Shown piece by piece: positions 9,408-18,525 of a stretch of 34,928 nt of DNA. Source of the DNA: a virus (lineage: Duplodnaviria > Heunggongvirae > Uroviricota > Caudoviricetes). The stretch is from IMG/VR virus record IMGVR_UViG_3300026224_000021; one strand, 5' to 3'. The first letter of the stretch is position 1. Every line of letters starts with the position of its first letter. A model generated the notes under the pieces. It was not told the DNA's origin. It saw only the letters and a program-made list of their open reading frames with translations, and ran no database searches. The position numbers were made by a program, and so were the translations under genes.

Positions 9408-10591
9408 GCGCTCACCTCCACAGTAAGGGATTCCAGACGAGGAACAGCCAGATCACTGAGAATATCCGGAAGAGAAAATGTAACCGACTCCACTTGTGGA
9501 AATACCTGGTGGATCTCTTCGCCCAGTCTGGACATGCTGAAACGGCTGTACGGCCATGTTTTCTGAACGTCATAATCGCTGTTTTCGCGAAATGCGCAGC
9601 GAACCAGGTTTTCCACATTGCGCAATAACATCTGAATTTCCTCATCGCTGAGGTTCAGTGTTGCATACAGCCAGAGAGTCACGGTCAGGGTGTGGCGCGT
9701 TTCAGGCATGGAAAAACAGCGCAGATCATCACCGTGTCCGTGATGACCTTCATCGTTAATGAATGCGTTTACTGCATCAACGAACGGTTCGGATGCGATG
9801 CCGGTATCCAGCAGAATGTAAGCATTTGCTGTGCCGGGGCCGCGTGGTGCGTCATGCAGAAAATAGATGCGGTCGGCACTGATGCCGGCAACGCCGGCAA
9901 TTAATCCCCGGTAAACTGCATCGGTGTGATAAGCGCCGGCAAGATTAAACTGATTGCGAACACGATCACGCAGCTCGTCATCGCTTTCTTCGTTGGCTCC
10001 CGGTGTGGTCAGCCAGTTTTCATCGTTCTCAACACCGGCAATACCATCAATCGCCACCGGAAGGATGCGGTAATATCCCGGCGCAAGGTTAAAGCCGGCT
10101 CCGGCCTGTTCCGCAGAAACATCGATGTTCATGCTGAGTGTTCCTGCCGGAATAACGGTATCCCTGACAACGGTCAGCGTATAAATCACGCCGTTAATGC
10201 GTTCTGTCTGAATCTGCGTACCGGCCGGCACGGTAACTGTGCGATCAATGTCGTCTTTTGTGAAACGGATCACGCCGGCTGCGTGCGTGGCGGCCTTGCG
10301 TTGCAGGTTTACCGCCCAGGCAAAAACATCAACGAATACACCGCTGGCATCGGCCAGAAACAGGTTTTTCATCACCACATTAACCAGCGCATCTTTCAGC
10401 CACATCACGGGTTTTGTGGTGATGGCTGTAATCAGTCGCCAGAACGGCGACATGCGGGATGTGTTGGTGATAAGCCCTTCGTCTTTGACAATGGCTTCAA
10501 ATTCAGCGCGTGCCTGTTCTTCGGTTACCGGCATGCCGTTATCAGCCAGAATGCGCTCGTAATCTGCGGTAGGTTTGCCGTTAATCATCAA
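9404..10591 (-). CDS. baseplate protein J-like
   Basis: 395-aa ORF in the W-J-I-H order characteristic of P2-type baseplates. Confidence 0.55.
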   Translation of the reverse strand: MMINGKPTADYERILADNGMPVTEEQARAEFEAIVKDEGLITNTSRMSPFWRLITAITTKPVMWLKDALVNVVMKNLFLADASGVFVDVFAWAVNLQRKAATHAAGVIRFTKDDIDRTVTVPAGTQIQTERINGVIYTLTVVRDTVIPAGTLSMNIDVSAEQAGAGFNLAPGYYRILPVAIDGIAGVENDENWLTTPGANEESDDELRDRVRNQFNLAGAYHTDAVYRGLIAGVAGISADRIYFLHDAPRGPGTANAYILLDTGIASEPFVDAVNAFINDEGHHGHGDDLRCFSMPETRHTLTVTLWLYATLNLSDEEIQMLLRNVENLVRCAFRENSDYDVQKTWPYSRFSMSRLGEEIHQVFPQVESVTFSLPDILSDLAVPRLESLTVEVSA

Positions 10592-10931
10592 GAGATACCG
10601 TAAAAGTCAGGGGATCAAAAAAATCTTCGGTGTGGGCGCTAATCAGCAGGCGACCAGAAAGCGGGGTTTCTTCTGTCACACTGACCGTGCCGGGTGTGAT
10701 GCGCTCATCATCTTCAATCAGCAGCGTCATCTGCATCATGATGTCGGCACGAAGCGTCGGGCTTTTTTCAGCCAGCAGGCGCGTTGCCAGTCCACTCTCA
10801 ATGATGGCGTGCTGGCAGTCCTGGGCAATACTTTCTCTGTTGTTGCATAACACCGGCTCACTGGCGCTGTTCAGCGTGAGATTGCGACCGGTGATGAGCA
10901 AATCAATGTAAAGCGGTTTATCAGTATGCAT
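10581..10931 (-). CDS. baseplate wedge protein (gpW / gp25-like)
   Basis: 116-aa ORF between the tape measure and J-like genes; size and position match P2 gpW. Confidence 0.45.
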   Translation of the reverse strand: MHTDKPLYIDLLITGRNLTLNSASEPVLCNNRESIAQDCQHAIIESGLATRLLAEKSPTLRADIMMQMTLLIEDDERITPGTVSVTEETPLSGRLLISAHTEDFFDPLTFTVSLDD

Positions 10932-13095
10932 GTAGCTCCATCCACTCGTTGAGACGGGCAGGGGAGGGATCCTGTACGTTAACGTTGACTACACGACGGG
11001 AGTTGTCGATTGTGGTCTGGTTTTCGCTGTTGCTCTGCATCTCTGCCGCAATGCCACCCGGCCCCGCGCTGATGGCTTTACCGCCGGTTAATACGGAGCC
11101 TTCGCCACTTCCTGTGCTTTCTGATGTGCCGATGTTAACGCCGGGGATCATGTTGAGTTTGTCCACAATCCAGCCCCATGAATCACTGAAGGACTGTTTC
11201 ACCAGTTCCCAGAGGTTGCTGAAAATAGCCAGGATCCCGGAAGCCAGATTTTTCAGTGAATCCAGAGGGTGAGTAATATCCAGGCTGTTCCAGATATCCT
11301 TATACCCCTGCAGAATAATGAGCAGGGCCTGCCACACTTTTGATAACAGTCCGAGCATGATTTCAGTTGGCGTCAGGATCCAGTTGATTGCTGTGGCAAC
11401 GATACGGCCAAAAGACGCACCGGCATCGCTGGCGCGTCCGAACGCTTCGCCCGTCAGTTCTACCGGTGTGAGTAAATTCATCAGCCAGTTAAATGCTGTT
11501 TTGATGGCATCCCATACAAAACCAAAAACAGCGCCGATATCGGCCAGAATGGGAGAGCCAAGTGAAATAGTCTTCCATGCATCGCTGAACCCCTGAATGA
11601 ATCCGCTGAAAAACGCTTTGATGGGTTCCCAGAATTTCCAGACAAGAGCAACAACTGCTGCAATGGCTGCACCAATAAGCAGAATGGGCCCGCTCATCAT
11701 CAACATGGTGGTAAGAAAGCCGTGTCCTGTCAGCATTGAAACCAGCATGACCCTGTTCAGATATTGTTGTGCGGCGGCATAAGCCCCTGTTGCAGCAGCG
11801 GCCAGTGTATTTCGCAATGCGCTTAACCTGAGAAGCTTTATTAAGCCTGTTACGGGGGCAATCAGCCCTTTTGTTACAAAGCTGAACAGTCCCATGATGA
11901 TATTGCTGAGAGCGCCAACGGTTGCGAGGCTAAGAAAAGTCCCCGCCAGTAAACCAATTGCACGCGTGATGTTTGGATACAGACGTAACCAGGCAACAAA
12001 GGATTTGCCGCCTTCGTTGCTTTTCTGGATGAATGGGTACAGAACGGGCAACAACTGTGTGCCAATTTCGATGCGAATGCCGTTAATAATTGCGGCGGCC
12101 TGTTCCCATGGATCAGCCATGGCCTGCGCCATTTCGACAGCCTTATCCATACCTTTGATATTGCCCAGCGTGGCGATATTCTTTTCAAGTCCGCCAATGT
12201 CCGCATTGAGTAATTTAATCATGGCCACAGCTTCATCGGAGCCAAAGGCGCTTTTCAGCAAATCGGAATCAGCCACTTTTGACAGATCACCAAATTTACC
12301 CCTGATAAGTTTCATGATCTCGACAACACTTTTCATCGTGCCGTCTTTATTCACGAAATTAAGTCCCAGCTTTTTCTGGGCGCTGCCTACTGCGGCAAGA
12401 AATGCCTTGTACTTTGTCCCGGCCTCGCTGCCACTCATGGTGGCCTGCAGTTGTCCCAGCACGGCGAACTGTTCAGCCGCATCAATACCAGCCGCTTTTG
12501 CGCTGGCACCCAGCGTGGTGAACGCTGCTGACATGTTATCGCCGGTGGTTTTAAACATTTGCACGGCGGTGGCGGTTTGCCCGGCGACCTGCTCCACCCA
12601 TTTGCTTTTTCCCATGGCATCAGCCTGGTCTTTAAAGATGCCGTACATGGTGCCCATGTAGGCGGTAATGGTCTGGCTGCTGGATTTGGTTGCTGCTGCT
12701 ACCGTTGCTGATGCGGTGGTGAAGCGGGACAGCTCATCGTCAGTTAACCCGGCAATGGCTGACTGGATGTCGTAAGAAGCACGCACAAAATCCTGCGCAG
12801 CCCCGCCGTATTCCATAGTGAAATCAACGGCGGCGCGGCTGAGTTTTCGCAGTCCGGACTCTGCGACGCCCAGTGATTTTACCTCACCGAGCGCCCTGTC
12901 CATTTCAATGGCTGGCATCAGTGCACCCTGAATGGCTGCACCCACTCCCCAGAGTGCAGCGCCTCCGGTAGCAATGTCCCGAAAGGCTCCCCGACTTGTT
13001 GCAGCAAATCCCTGAACCTGTCGCCCGGCTGCACGCAACGGCCTTGTCAGGCGGTCTGTCAGTTCAAGAAGTAATTCAAGGCGCTGTTGTGACAT
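10921..13095 (-). CDS. tail tape measure protein
   Basis: 724-aa ORF, Ala/Gly-rich with several long hydrophobic segments, immediately downstream of the frameshifting chaperone. Confidence 0.75.
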   Translation of the reverse strand: MSQQRLELLLELTDRLTRPLRAAGRQVQGFAATSRGAFRDIATGGAALWGVGAAIQGALMPAIEMDRALGEVKSLGVAESGLRKLSRAAVDFTMEYGGAAQDFVRASYDIQSAIAGLTDDELSRFTTASATVAAATKSSSQTITAYMGTMYGIFKDQADAMGKSKWVEQVAGQTATAVQMFKTTGDNMSAAFTTLGASAKAAGIDAAEQFAVLGQLQATMSGSEAGTKYKAFLAAVGSAQKKLGLNFVNKDGTMKSVVEIMKLIRGKFGDLSKVADSDLLKSAFGSDEAVAMIKLLNADIGGLEKNIATLGNIKGMDKAVEMAQAMADPWEQAAAIINGIRIEIGTQLLPVLYPFIQKSNEGGKSFVAWLRLYPNITRAIGLLAGTFLSLATVGALSNIIMGLFSFVTKGLIAPVTGLIKLLRLSALRNTLAAAATGAYAAAQQYLNRVMLVSMLTGHGFLTTMLMMSGPILLIGAAIAAVVALVWKFWEPIKAFFSGFIQGFSDAWKTISLGSPILADIGAVFGFVWDAIKTAFNWLMNLLTPVELTGEAFGRASDAGASFGRIVATAINWILTPTEIMLGLLSKVWQALLIILQGYKDIWNSLDITHPLDSLKNLASGILAIFSNLWELVKQSFSDSWGWIVDKLNMIPGVNIGTSESTGSGEGSVLTGGKAISAGPGGIAAEMQSNSENQTTIDNSRRVVNVNVQDPSPARLNEWMELHAY

Positions 13096-13292
13096 TACGA
13101 TCCCTTAAAAGCACGGATAATGCCGTTATTGACGGCGATGCTCATATTTTCCCAGTAGTGGTTATCCAGCCAGACGGCGGCAGCCAGTGACTGCGGCGAG
13201 TCATCCTCGCCGGGCAGCCAGTGGCGGCGCAGAATCAGCATCCGGGTAAGGTCATTGCGATCAATGGCCCCCAGATGGCTTTTTATTTTTTT
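13096..13292 (-). other. programmed -1 ribosomal frameshift site and E'-type extension of the tail assembly chaperone
   Basis: A AAA AAA slippery heptamer (minus-strand 13292-13286) at the last two Lys codons of the chaperone; the -1 frame stays open for about 62 codons and ends at a TAA (13098-13096) overlapping the tape measure ATG as TAATG. Confidence 0.65.
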
Positions 13293-13576
13293 ACGGTGAT
13301 TTCCACTTCCGACACAAACTCGTTATTTACGGCTGTTGCCAGGCTGGCTGGCATTCCTGGTTTTTCCAGCAACTGGTTCAGCAGATCGCGGTGCTCTTTA
13401 ATCACGATACGGCGCAGGTAGTTTTTCAGCGGCGCGATTTTGTTATCCGGCATGAAGTCGTTCTGCAGGTCGTTGTAGGCTTTTACGGTCGGGATAAACG
13501 TCAGTTCATGCTCGCCGACCTGTAAAGTGATGGCGTTCTCTGCGGTAGTCTGGGTGTTTTTATCGTTCATCATCAT
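13283..13576 (-). CDS. tail assembly chaperone (gpE-like)
   Basis: 97-aa ORF directly upstream of the tape measure gene with a slippery site at its 3' end; AAGGAA Shine-Dalgarno upstream. Confidence 0.65.
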   Translation of the reverse strand: MMMNDKNTQTTAENAITLQVGEHELTFIPTVKAYNDLQNDFMPDNKIAPLKNYLRRIVIKEHRDLLNQLLEKPGMPASLATAVNNEFVSEVEITVKK

Positions 13577-13602
13577 TTCCTTTTAAAGTCAAGAATAAGA
13601 GG

Positions 13603-13634
13603 GCTTAATAAGCCTGCAGGAAGGCTTATTAAGC
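13603..13634 (-). other. perfect 12-bp inverted repeat hairpin between the lysis genes and the chaperone
   Basis: gcttaataagcc ... ggcttattaagc separated by tgcaggaa, 7 nt past the stop of the M15 peptidase gene. Confidence 0.5.
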
Positions 13635-13640
13635 GTAAAA

Positions 13641-13982
13641 TCAGCGCACGCCGTCGTGCTCAAGGCTGAAATGATTGCCATCCGGGCGGTTTTTAAAACG
13701 ACCGCCCCATGCGCCACCAAGGGATTCCCAGTACTCGCCCAGCTCGCGGTAGGCCTCTGTGCGGGTCTGATATTCACCGTTAATAAACAGATTAAAATCC
13801 ACGGCCAGCCGCTGGCAGTGCAGGCTGTTGGCAATGCCGGATCCCTTTTGTGCGTTGAGTTTTGCCTGTTCTGGCGTGCGGTACGCCTCACCGAACGTCA
13901 GGCCATAACCGCGCTGATGGGCAAACTGGATGAGTTTTCCGATCATGACGGTAAATTGTTGTTGCTTATCGGAGAGTTTCAT
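13641..13982 (-). CDS. peptidase M15-type endolysin (putative L-alanyl-D-glutamate peptidase)
   Basis: 113-aa ORF with zinc-peptidase-like motifs SLHCQRLAVD and GNHFSLEH; sits next to a holin-like membrane protein. Confidence 0.55.
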   Translation of the reverse strand: MKLSDKQQQFTVMIGKLIQFAHQRGYGLTFGEAYRTPEQAKLNAQKGSGIANSLHCQRLAVDFNLFINGEYQTRTEAYRELGEYWESLGGAWGGRFKNRPDGNHFSLEHDGVR

Positions 13983-14091
13983 TTTTGCTCCTTATGAGGT
14001 TGCTGAGGTTTGCGCAGCCAGTACCACAGTGCCCGGATAATTTTCCAGGCAATGGCGGCAGCTTTTTGTTCCCTGCGGGACAGCATTGCTG

Positions 14092-14388
14092 TTACTCCTC
14101 TTTGTTCTCTTTCTCGCCCAGCTTCCGGCGCATATGACGCAGGAAGATTTCCACAATCTGGTAACCGGCAATGCCCATTGCAGTGCCTGCGCCGGCAATG
14201 GCCAGTGGGTCAAGGTTCGGGTAACGAACCAGCAGGGCAGCGGCAGAAACACCCAGCGCGCTCCCCAGCAGGGTTCGACCCACAAACAACCGCAACGTAA
14301 TCGGCTCTGCGCCAGCCAGCACCCGACTTGCGGCAGCGATTCCGCCCAGAATGCCCAGGGTGATGATGGTGCGTTCATGCTCCTGCAT
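14092..14388 (-). CDS. putative holin
   Basis: 98-aa ORF with three hydrophobic helices and a charged C-terminus (RHMRRKLGEKENKEE), upstream of the peptidase gene. Confidence 0.5.
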   Translation of the reverse strand: MQEHERTIITLGILGGIAAASRVLAGAEPITLRLFVGRTLLGSALGVSAAALLVRYPNLDPLAIAGAGTAMGIAGYQIVEIFLRHMRRKLGEKENKEE

Positions 14389-14391
14389 GGT

Positions 14392-14847
14392 TCACCCCAT
14401 CAGTCCGCGCACGTCGTTCTCTGAGAGAACGGGCACACCGTTGATACGCACAAAGTCAGGGCTTGCCACCACGTATTTGATTTTGTGCATGGTCAGATCT
14501 GCGCTTTCGGTGTCAATGCTTAACAGGCCGGAAAGCATCAGCTCGCAACCGAAGGCTTCGACGCGGATTTCTTCAGTGCCTGTGTTGGCGTAAAACACAA
14601 AATCCATTGGCGGCAGATCGCGCCACGATCCCGCCTGAGCAGCCACTTCCCCGAGTTGGTTAAAGCTGCGGGTACTCATTTCGATTTCACCTTCGGCACT
14701 GACAGGGCCGCGCAGTTTGCCGTCAGGGATGCCACGGGTTTTGGCAACGGCACTTTCATCGCTGATGTCCAGTGAGATGCTTTTCACATGGATATCCGTT
14801 CCACCGATAAAGGTGTCAAACGCCATGCCGTTAATGCGGGTCGTCAT
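14392..14847 (-). CDS. tail tube protein (FII-like)
   Basis: 151-aa ORF immediately downstream of and coupled to the sheath-sized gene. Confidence 0.5.
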   Translation of the reverse strand: MTTRINGMAFDTFIGGTDIHVKSISLDISDESAVAKTRGIPDGKLRGPVSAEGEIEMSTRSFNQLGEVAAQAGSWRDLPPMDFVFYANTGTEEIRVEAFGCELMLSGLLSIDTESADLTMHKIKYVVASPDFVRINGVPVLSENDVRGLMG

Positions 14848-15992
14848 GCGTTTTCCTCCAGAGATTTATCCAGCTGAATGCCCACTTTGATGGTTTTAGG
14901 GCAGGCGTAAGGGCGGACGACAATGCTGATGCTGACCGTCTTTTCGTCCTGCCAGGTGATAACCACGTCGCCTTTCTGAGGCGATTTCACTTCGCCCGGA
15001 AACGTGATGCCGTTAATTTGCGTTGATTTCGCCATGGCACGCAGTGGGCGGGCAAACAGCGTTTCATGTGCGGCAATGCTGCCCGGCGTGCTGTTCAGTG
15101 AGCGATCGGCAATTTTGGGGATGGCCATCAGCCGCACGCGGCGCGCCACCTTGTCAGCAATGCGGACATGCTCAATAACGTTGTAGTCCCCACCTTCCAC
15201 CTCAAGTGTCACACCATCGGCCCAGTAAAGGCCGTCATAGTCGGCATACCACATGGGCACGCTGTAGCGTGCGGTTGCCAGCGCCTGCAGGGTGGCGAGA
15301 TCAATTGCCTGCCCTGCGCTGTCCTTCGGGCGCTCTGTGGTTTTCAGTGCGGACAGCGCCCCGGTTGCCACACGCGCCGGACTGTCAGCAATGGTGACGG
15401 CGCTGTTACACAGACGGCCGGCGAGAACGCCCGGTTCAAATCCAAAAATCTCCGGAACCAGCATGATCTGCGGGGCTGCAATACCTTTCTGTAGCGTGGC
15501 CAGTTCGGCAACGTAGTCCGCCCAGGTTTTACTGTTGTCGTTGGCGGCGATGGTCAGGATGAACCAGATGCGGCGCTGATATTTATTGATGATGGTCTGA
15601 CGTAACGCCTGTATGGCGTTGATGTCATCCTTCGTGCTGACCGGTTCGGTGATCACCACGCCTTCCACTGAAACAGTTTCCTGAGCGGCCAGTATGGCGT
15701 TCTGCCATGCCTGGCAGGCTGGCGTCGCTTCTTTGCCTTTGCCTGCTTCCGGCAGAATGGCAACATAGAAAAAGGCATTTTGTCCGGCATTGGTCAGTGC
15801 GGACTGAAGGAAATTCTTCAGCGGGCTGGCGTTTGTTCCCAGCAGCTCATCCAGATCGCTGTTGGCATTAACCGGCAGAACCTTACCTTTGTTGTTTTGT
15901 GCATTGCCCACAAACAGCAGTGTATTTTCCACGCCGTCCGGTGAACTGCTGAATGTGTTGTACTGCTCAATCGTGACAGATGGCCATGTCAT
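14844..15992 (-). CDS. tail sheath protein (FI-like)
   Basis: about 382 aa from the ATG at 15992, which has an AGGAGA Shine-Dalgarno; the longer ORF start at 16124 would overlap the upstream gene by more than 100 nt. Confidence 0.55.
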   Translation of the reverse strand: MTWPSVTIEQYNTFSSSPDGVENTLLFVGNAQNNKGKVLPVNANSDLDELLGTNASPLKNFLQSALTNAGQNAFFYVAILPEAGKGKEATPACQAWQNAILAAQETVSVEGVVITEPVSTKDDINAIQALRQTIINKYQRRIWFILTIAANDNSKTWADYVAELATLQKGIAAPQIMLVPEIFGFEPGVLAGRLCNSAVTIADSPARVATGALSALKTTERPKDSAGQAIDLATLQALATARYSVPMWYADYDGLYWADGVTLEVEGGDYNVIEHVRIADKVARRVRLMAIPKIADRSLNSTPGSIAAHETLFARPLRAMAKSTQINGITFPGEVKSPQKGDVVITWQDEKTVSISIVVRPYACPKTIKVGIQLDKSLEENA

Positions 15993-16011
15993 GGTTTGTC
16001 TCCTGATTTTG

Positions 16012-16725
16012 TTATCTCGTGCCGCCGTAATGCAGGCTGCGCAATTGCGCCTCCAGAATGCGGGCAAATTCAGCGTTACTGGCTCCCAGAAATGCGCGGG
16101 AGGGAATTTTGATTTCCCATACACGTTTTTTCTGCTCGCCTTTCAGAATGCTGATCACCAGCCCGGCCTGCGCCATACTCATGTTTTCCATAATCCATTT
16201 CAGGGAAGGTTTTCTGTATCCCCTGCGTCCGGTTTTTTTGCTAACCGCGCCGACGGGGGCGCGAAAGCCCAGAGAAAGAAGGCGTTCTGCCTGCCGTCGT
16301 GTGGCGGGACGGGTGCGCATGGCTTCGCTGTCCCGGCGTTTTGTGGCGCGGCCTTTGATGGTTGCACCGTGCTGTTGCACCCACGCAACTGCCCCACCAT
16401 GAGAGCCGGTGTTGTAATCCCCTTTTTTGAAGAAAAGGCGGACACTTTTCCCGCTGCCGTCAACCCTGATGGCCAGCAGTTTCGGCAGTCCCAGCAGCAT
16501 TTTGTTTTTATACCTGCCGCTGGCTTTATCCGGTCTTTTTCGTGGTGCCCAGGCTGCCCCCTCCGGTGTTCGCTGTGCTTTCACATTGCGTCGTGCAGCC
16601 GGTATCAGGCCGTATTTCGCAATGCGAACCAGCAGCCTTCTGGCCTTTGCCGGCGGAAGTTCTGCCTCTCTGATGGCGCGACGAACCTGCCGGAGTTGTG
16701 ACTCGTTAATCACGGGGCGCGTCAT
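16012..16725 (-). CDS. tail completion / virion morphogenesis protein (gpS-like)
   Basis: 237-aa basic protein after the R-like gene, coupled by ATGA; position corresponds to P2 S. Confidence 0.45.
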   Translation of the reverse strand: MTRPVINESQLRQVRRAIREAELPPAKARRLLVRIAKYGLIPAARRNVKAQRTPEGAAWAPRKRPDKASGRYKNKMLLGLPKLLAIRVDGSGKSVRLFFKKGDYNTGSHGGAVAWVQQHGATIKGRATKRRDSEAMRTRPATRRQAERLLSLGFRAPVGAVSKKTGRRGYRKPSLKWIMENMSMAQAGLVISILKGEQKKRVWEIKIPSRAFLGASNAEFARILEAQLRSLHYGGTR

Positions 16726-17195
16726 GGCATCACCTGGCAGTGAAGCTGATGCGCCTGAGCCACCCAGATTTCAGGCTTTTCCAGCTGATAACGTTTCCCG
16801 CCTCTGGGGATGGGGCCGTTTTCGTCCTCAATCAGTGTGATGGGATCAACCAGCGGCAGACTGATTTCCAGCCATGCCACTTCATTTTCATCATCCACTT
16901 CGACGTCAACGGCTGGCGCATCCGGTGCCAGGCGCTGGCGCAGGTCGCCGCCGTTGTCTGCCAGCCAGGCTTCAACCAGAGAAAACACCAAATCCGGATT
17001 GAGCTGACGATAGGGCCATGCGTCCCATCGCAGAAAAGCCGTATATTTTCGGACCTGCGTACATAACTGCCCGTGCCCCAGCGACTTCGTGAACGGAACG
17101 AGCGTGATGTCATCCATGTCACTGGTGAACGGAATGCGTGTGCGTGCCGGCAGATTGTTTTCAATGAATGCCGTCAGGCTGGCGAGTTGCGTCAT
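16722..17195 (-). CDS. tail completion protein (gpR-like)
   Basis: 157-aa ORF immediately after the head-completion gene; size matches P2 gpR (about 155 aa). Confidence 0.45.
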   Translation of the reverse strand: MTQLASLTAFIENNLPARTRIPFTSDMDDITLVPFTKSLGHGQLCTQVRKYTAFLRWDAWPYRQLNPDLVFSLVEAWLADNGGDLRQRLAPDAPAVDVEVDDENEVAWLEISLPLVDPITLIEDENGPIPRGGKRYQLEKPEIWVAQAHQLHCQVMP

Positions 17196-17204
17196 ACCAT
17201 TTCC

Positions 17205-17699
17205 TTAATCAATCAGCGCGATGGATGCACGTGGTCGGCCCAGTAGCGCCCGCACCGCCATGGCCGCTTCAGCCAGCAACGTCCGGCGACTCTCGCTGGC
17301 TTCTGATGAGGGTTGCGCCTCGCGCCGCCCCACGCTGGCAGATTCCGGCAAAAGATCGGCCTTTGCGCGTGCATACACAGCCTTGGTGTACAGTGCTGTA
17401 ATGTGATTCTGCATCCGTTCAGGTTGTGCGCCTGTATTGCGCGGCTCTGGTTGCAACACGGTGTAACCCGGAATATCAGCGGCCCGGATGTGGCCCTGTT
17501 CCTGCCAGTATTCACGGCGTGCAGCCAGTTCAGTGTTAATCTCTGTTACCGCGCAAAGCAGCGCCGTCAGCACCGTTTCGTGTGACGTGACGGCGGGGAT
17601 GCTGCGGCTCTTTTCAAAATCGCCGGCATCAATATCCGGCCAGAATCCATCGTTCTGAATAATGGCCTGCTGATAGTGAATGCTTTTCCCGTCAAACAT
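17205..17699 (-). CDS. L: head completion/stabilization protein (gpL-like)
   Basis: last gene of the O-N-M-L block; the ATG at 17699 gives about 164 aa, whereas the longest ORF start at 17894 would overlap M by about 100 nt. Confidence 0.5.
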   Translation of the reverse strand: MFDGKSIHYQQAIIQNDGFWPDIDAGDFEKSRSIPAVTSHETVLTALLCAVTEINTELAARREYWQEQGHIRAADIPGYTVLQPEPRNTGAQPERMQNHITALYTKAVYARAKADLLPESASVGRREAQPSSEASESRRTLLAEAAMAVRALLGRPRASIALID

Positions 17700-17797
17700 G
17701 CTCACTCCGGGGAAAGGCGGGCTGACCGGTTTCCGCAGTGTGCTGATGGCTTTTGCCGGCACACCTCCACCGCGCCCGCCCGGTTGTTGGGAGTCAT

Positions 17798-18508
17798 TTA
17801 CGTGCCCTGCAACGCGCGCAGTCTTGCGGCAATGCGCTGGCGCAGGGTTTTCACCTGAATTTTGGGATGCAGCCAGGCAGCCCGTTCCAGACACTGGTCG
17901 GCCTGTTGCAGTCTCTCCGGATCGTTAATTGCGCTGGCCTGTGGCTTGCCGTCATCGCCGCGCAGCAGCAGGACGCCTGCAAAGCGCCAGTAGCGGGCAG
18001 CAAGGCGTTCATTCACGCGCCATTTGTCGCGGATTTTTTCAAACACCTGCTGAAAATATGGCGCGATACTGTTCCCGCGTTCAGCTTCGGTTTCTGCCCA
18101 TTCAAGAATGAAATGGGCCACAAACGTTGGCAGCTCGCTTTTGAAGTTCTCCGGCGTCTTCTGTCCCTGCTCAATGGCAATGTCAGCCCACCGCAGCGCC
18201 ATCTCAAACTGCCCGGTATCGAACAGCCAGATGATGCAGTACACCAGAATGGGATTCTGATAGACGCGTTCTCCCTCCAGATAAGCCTGTGCGTGTGGCA
18301 GCCAGCGGGGCAGCAGCGTGTTCCGTTTGAATTCCAGCTTGTCAGACAGCAGCTCCATGTTGTGCAGTTGTCTGATGTCGTTATCCAGTGCCAGCAGCTT
18401 AATGTGCTGACTCTCTGTGCTGATGGCGCGTCCGTCCGTTGTGGTCATGAGCGCCGCACGGCGCTCATCCATCTGTCGGGCACGTTGTCGCTGCATTGGC
18501 GTTGGCAT
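17798..18508 (-). CDS. M: terminase small (endonuclease) subunit (gpM-like)
   Basis: 236-aa ORF between the capsid and head-completion genes, same order and size as P2 M. Confidence 0.65.
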   Translation of the reverse strand: MPTPMQRQRARQMDERRAALMTTTDGRAISTESQHIKLLALDNDIRQLHNMELLSDKLEFKRNTLLPRWLPHAQAYLEGERVYQNPILVYCIIWLFDTGQFEMALRWADIAIEQGQKTPENFKSELPTFVAHFILEWAETEAERGNSIAPYFQQVFEKIRDKWRVNERLAARYWRFAGVLLLRGDDGKPQASAINDPERLQQADQCLERAAWLHPKIQVKTLRQRIAARLRALQGT

Positions 18509-18525
18509 ACCGTGCGCTCCGTTTA

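Noticed and set aside
14844-16124. Longest-ORF start at 16124 for the sheath gene
   Set aside because: It would overlap the upstream gene by more than 100 nt; the internal ATG at 15992 has a good Shine-Dalgarno and gives a sheath-sized product.
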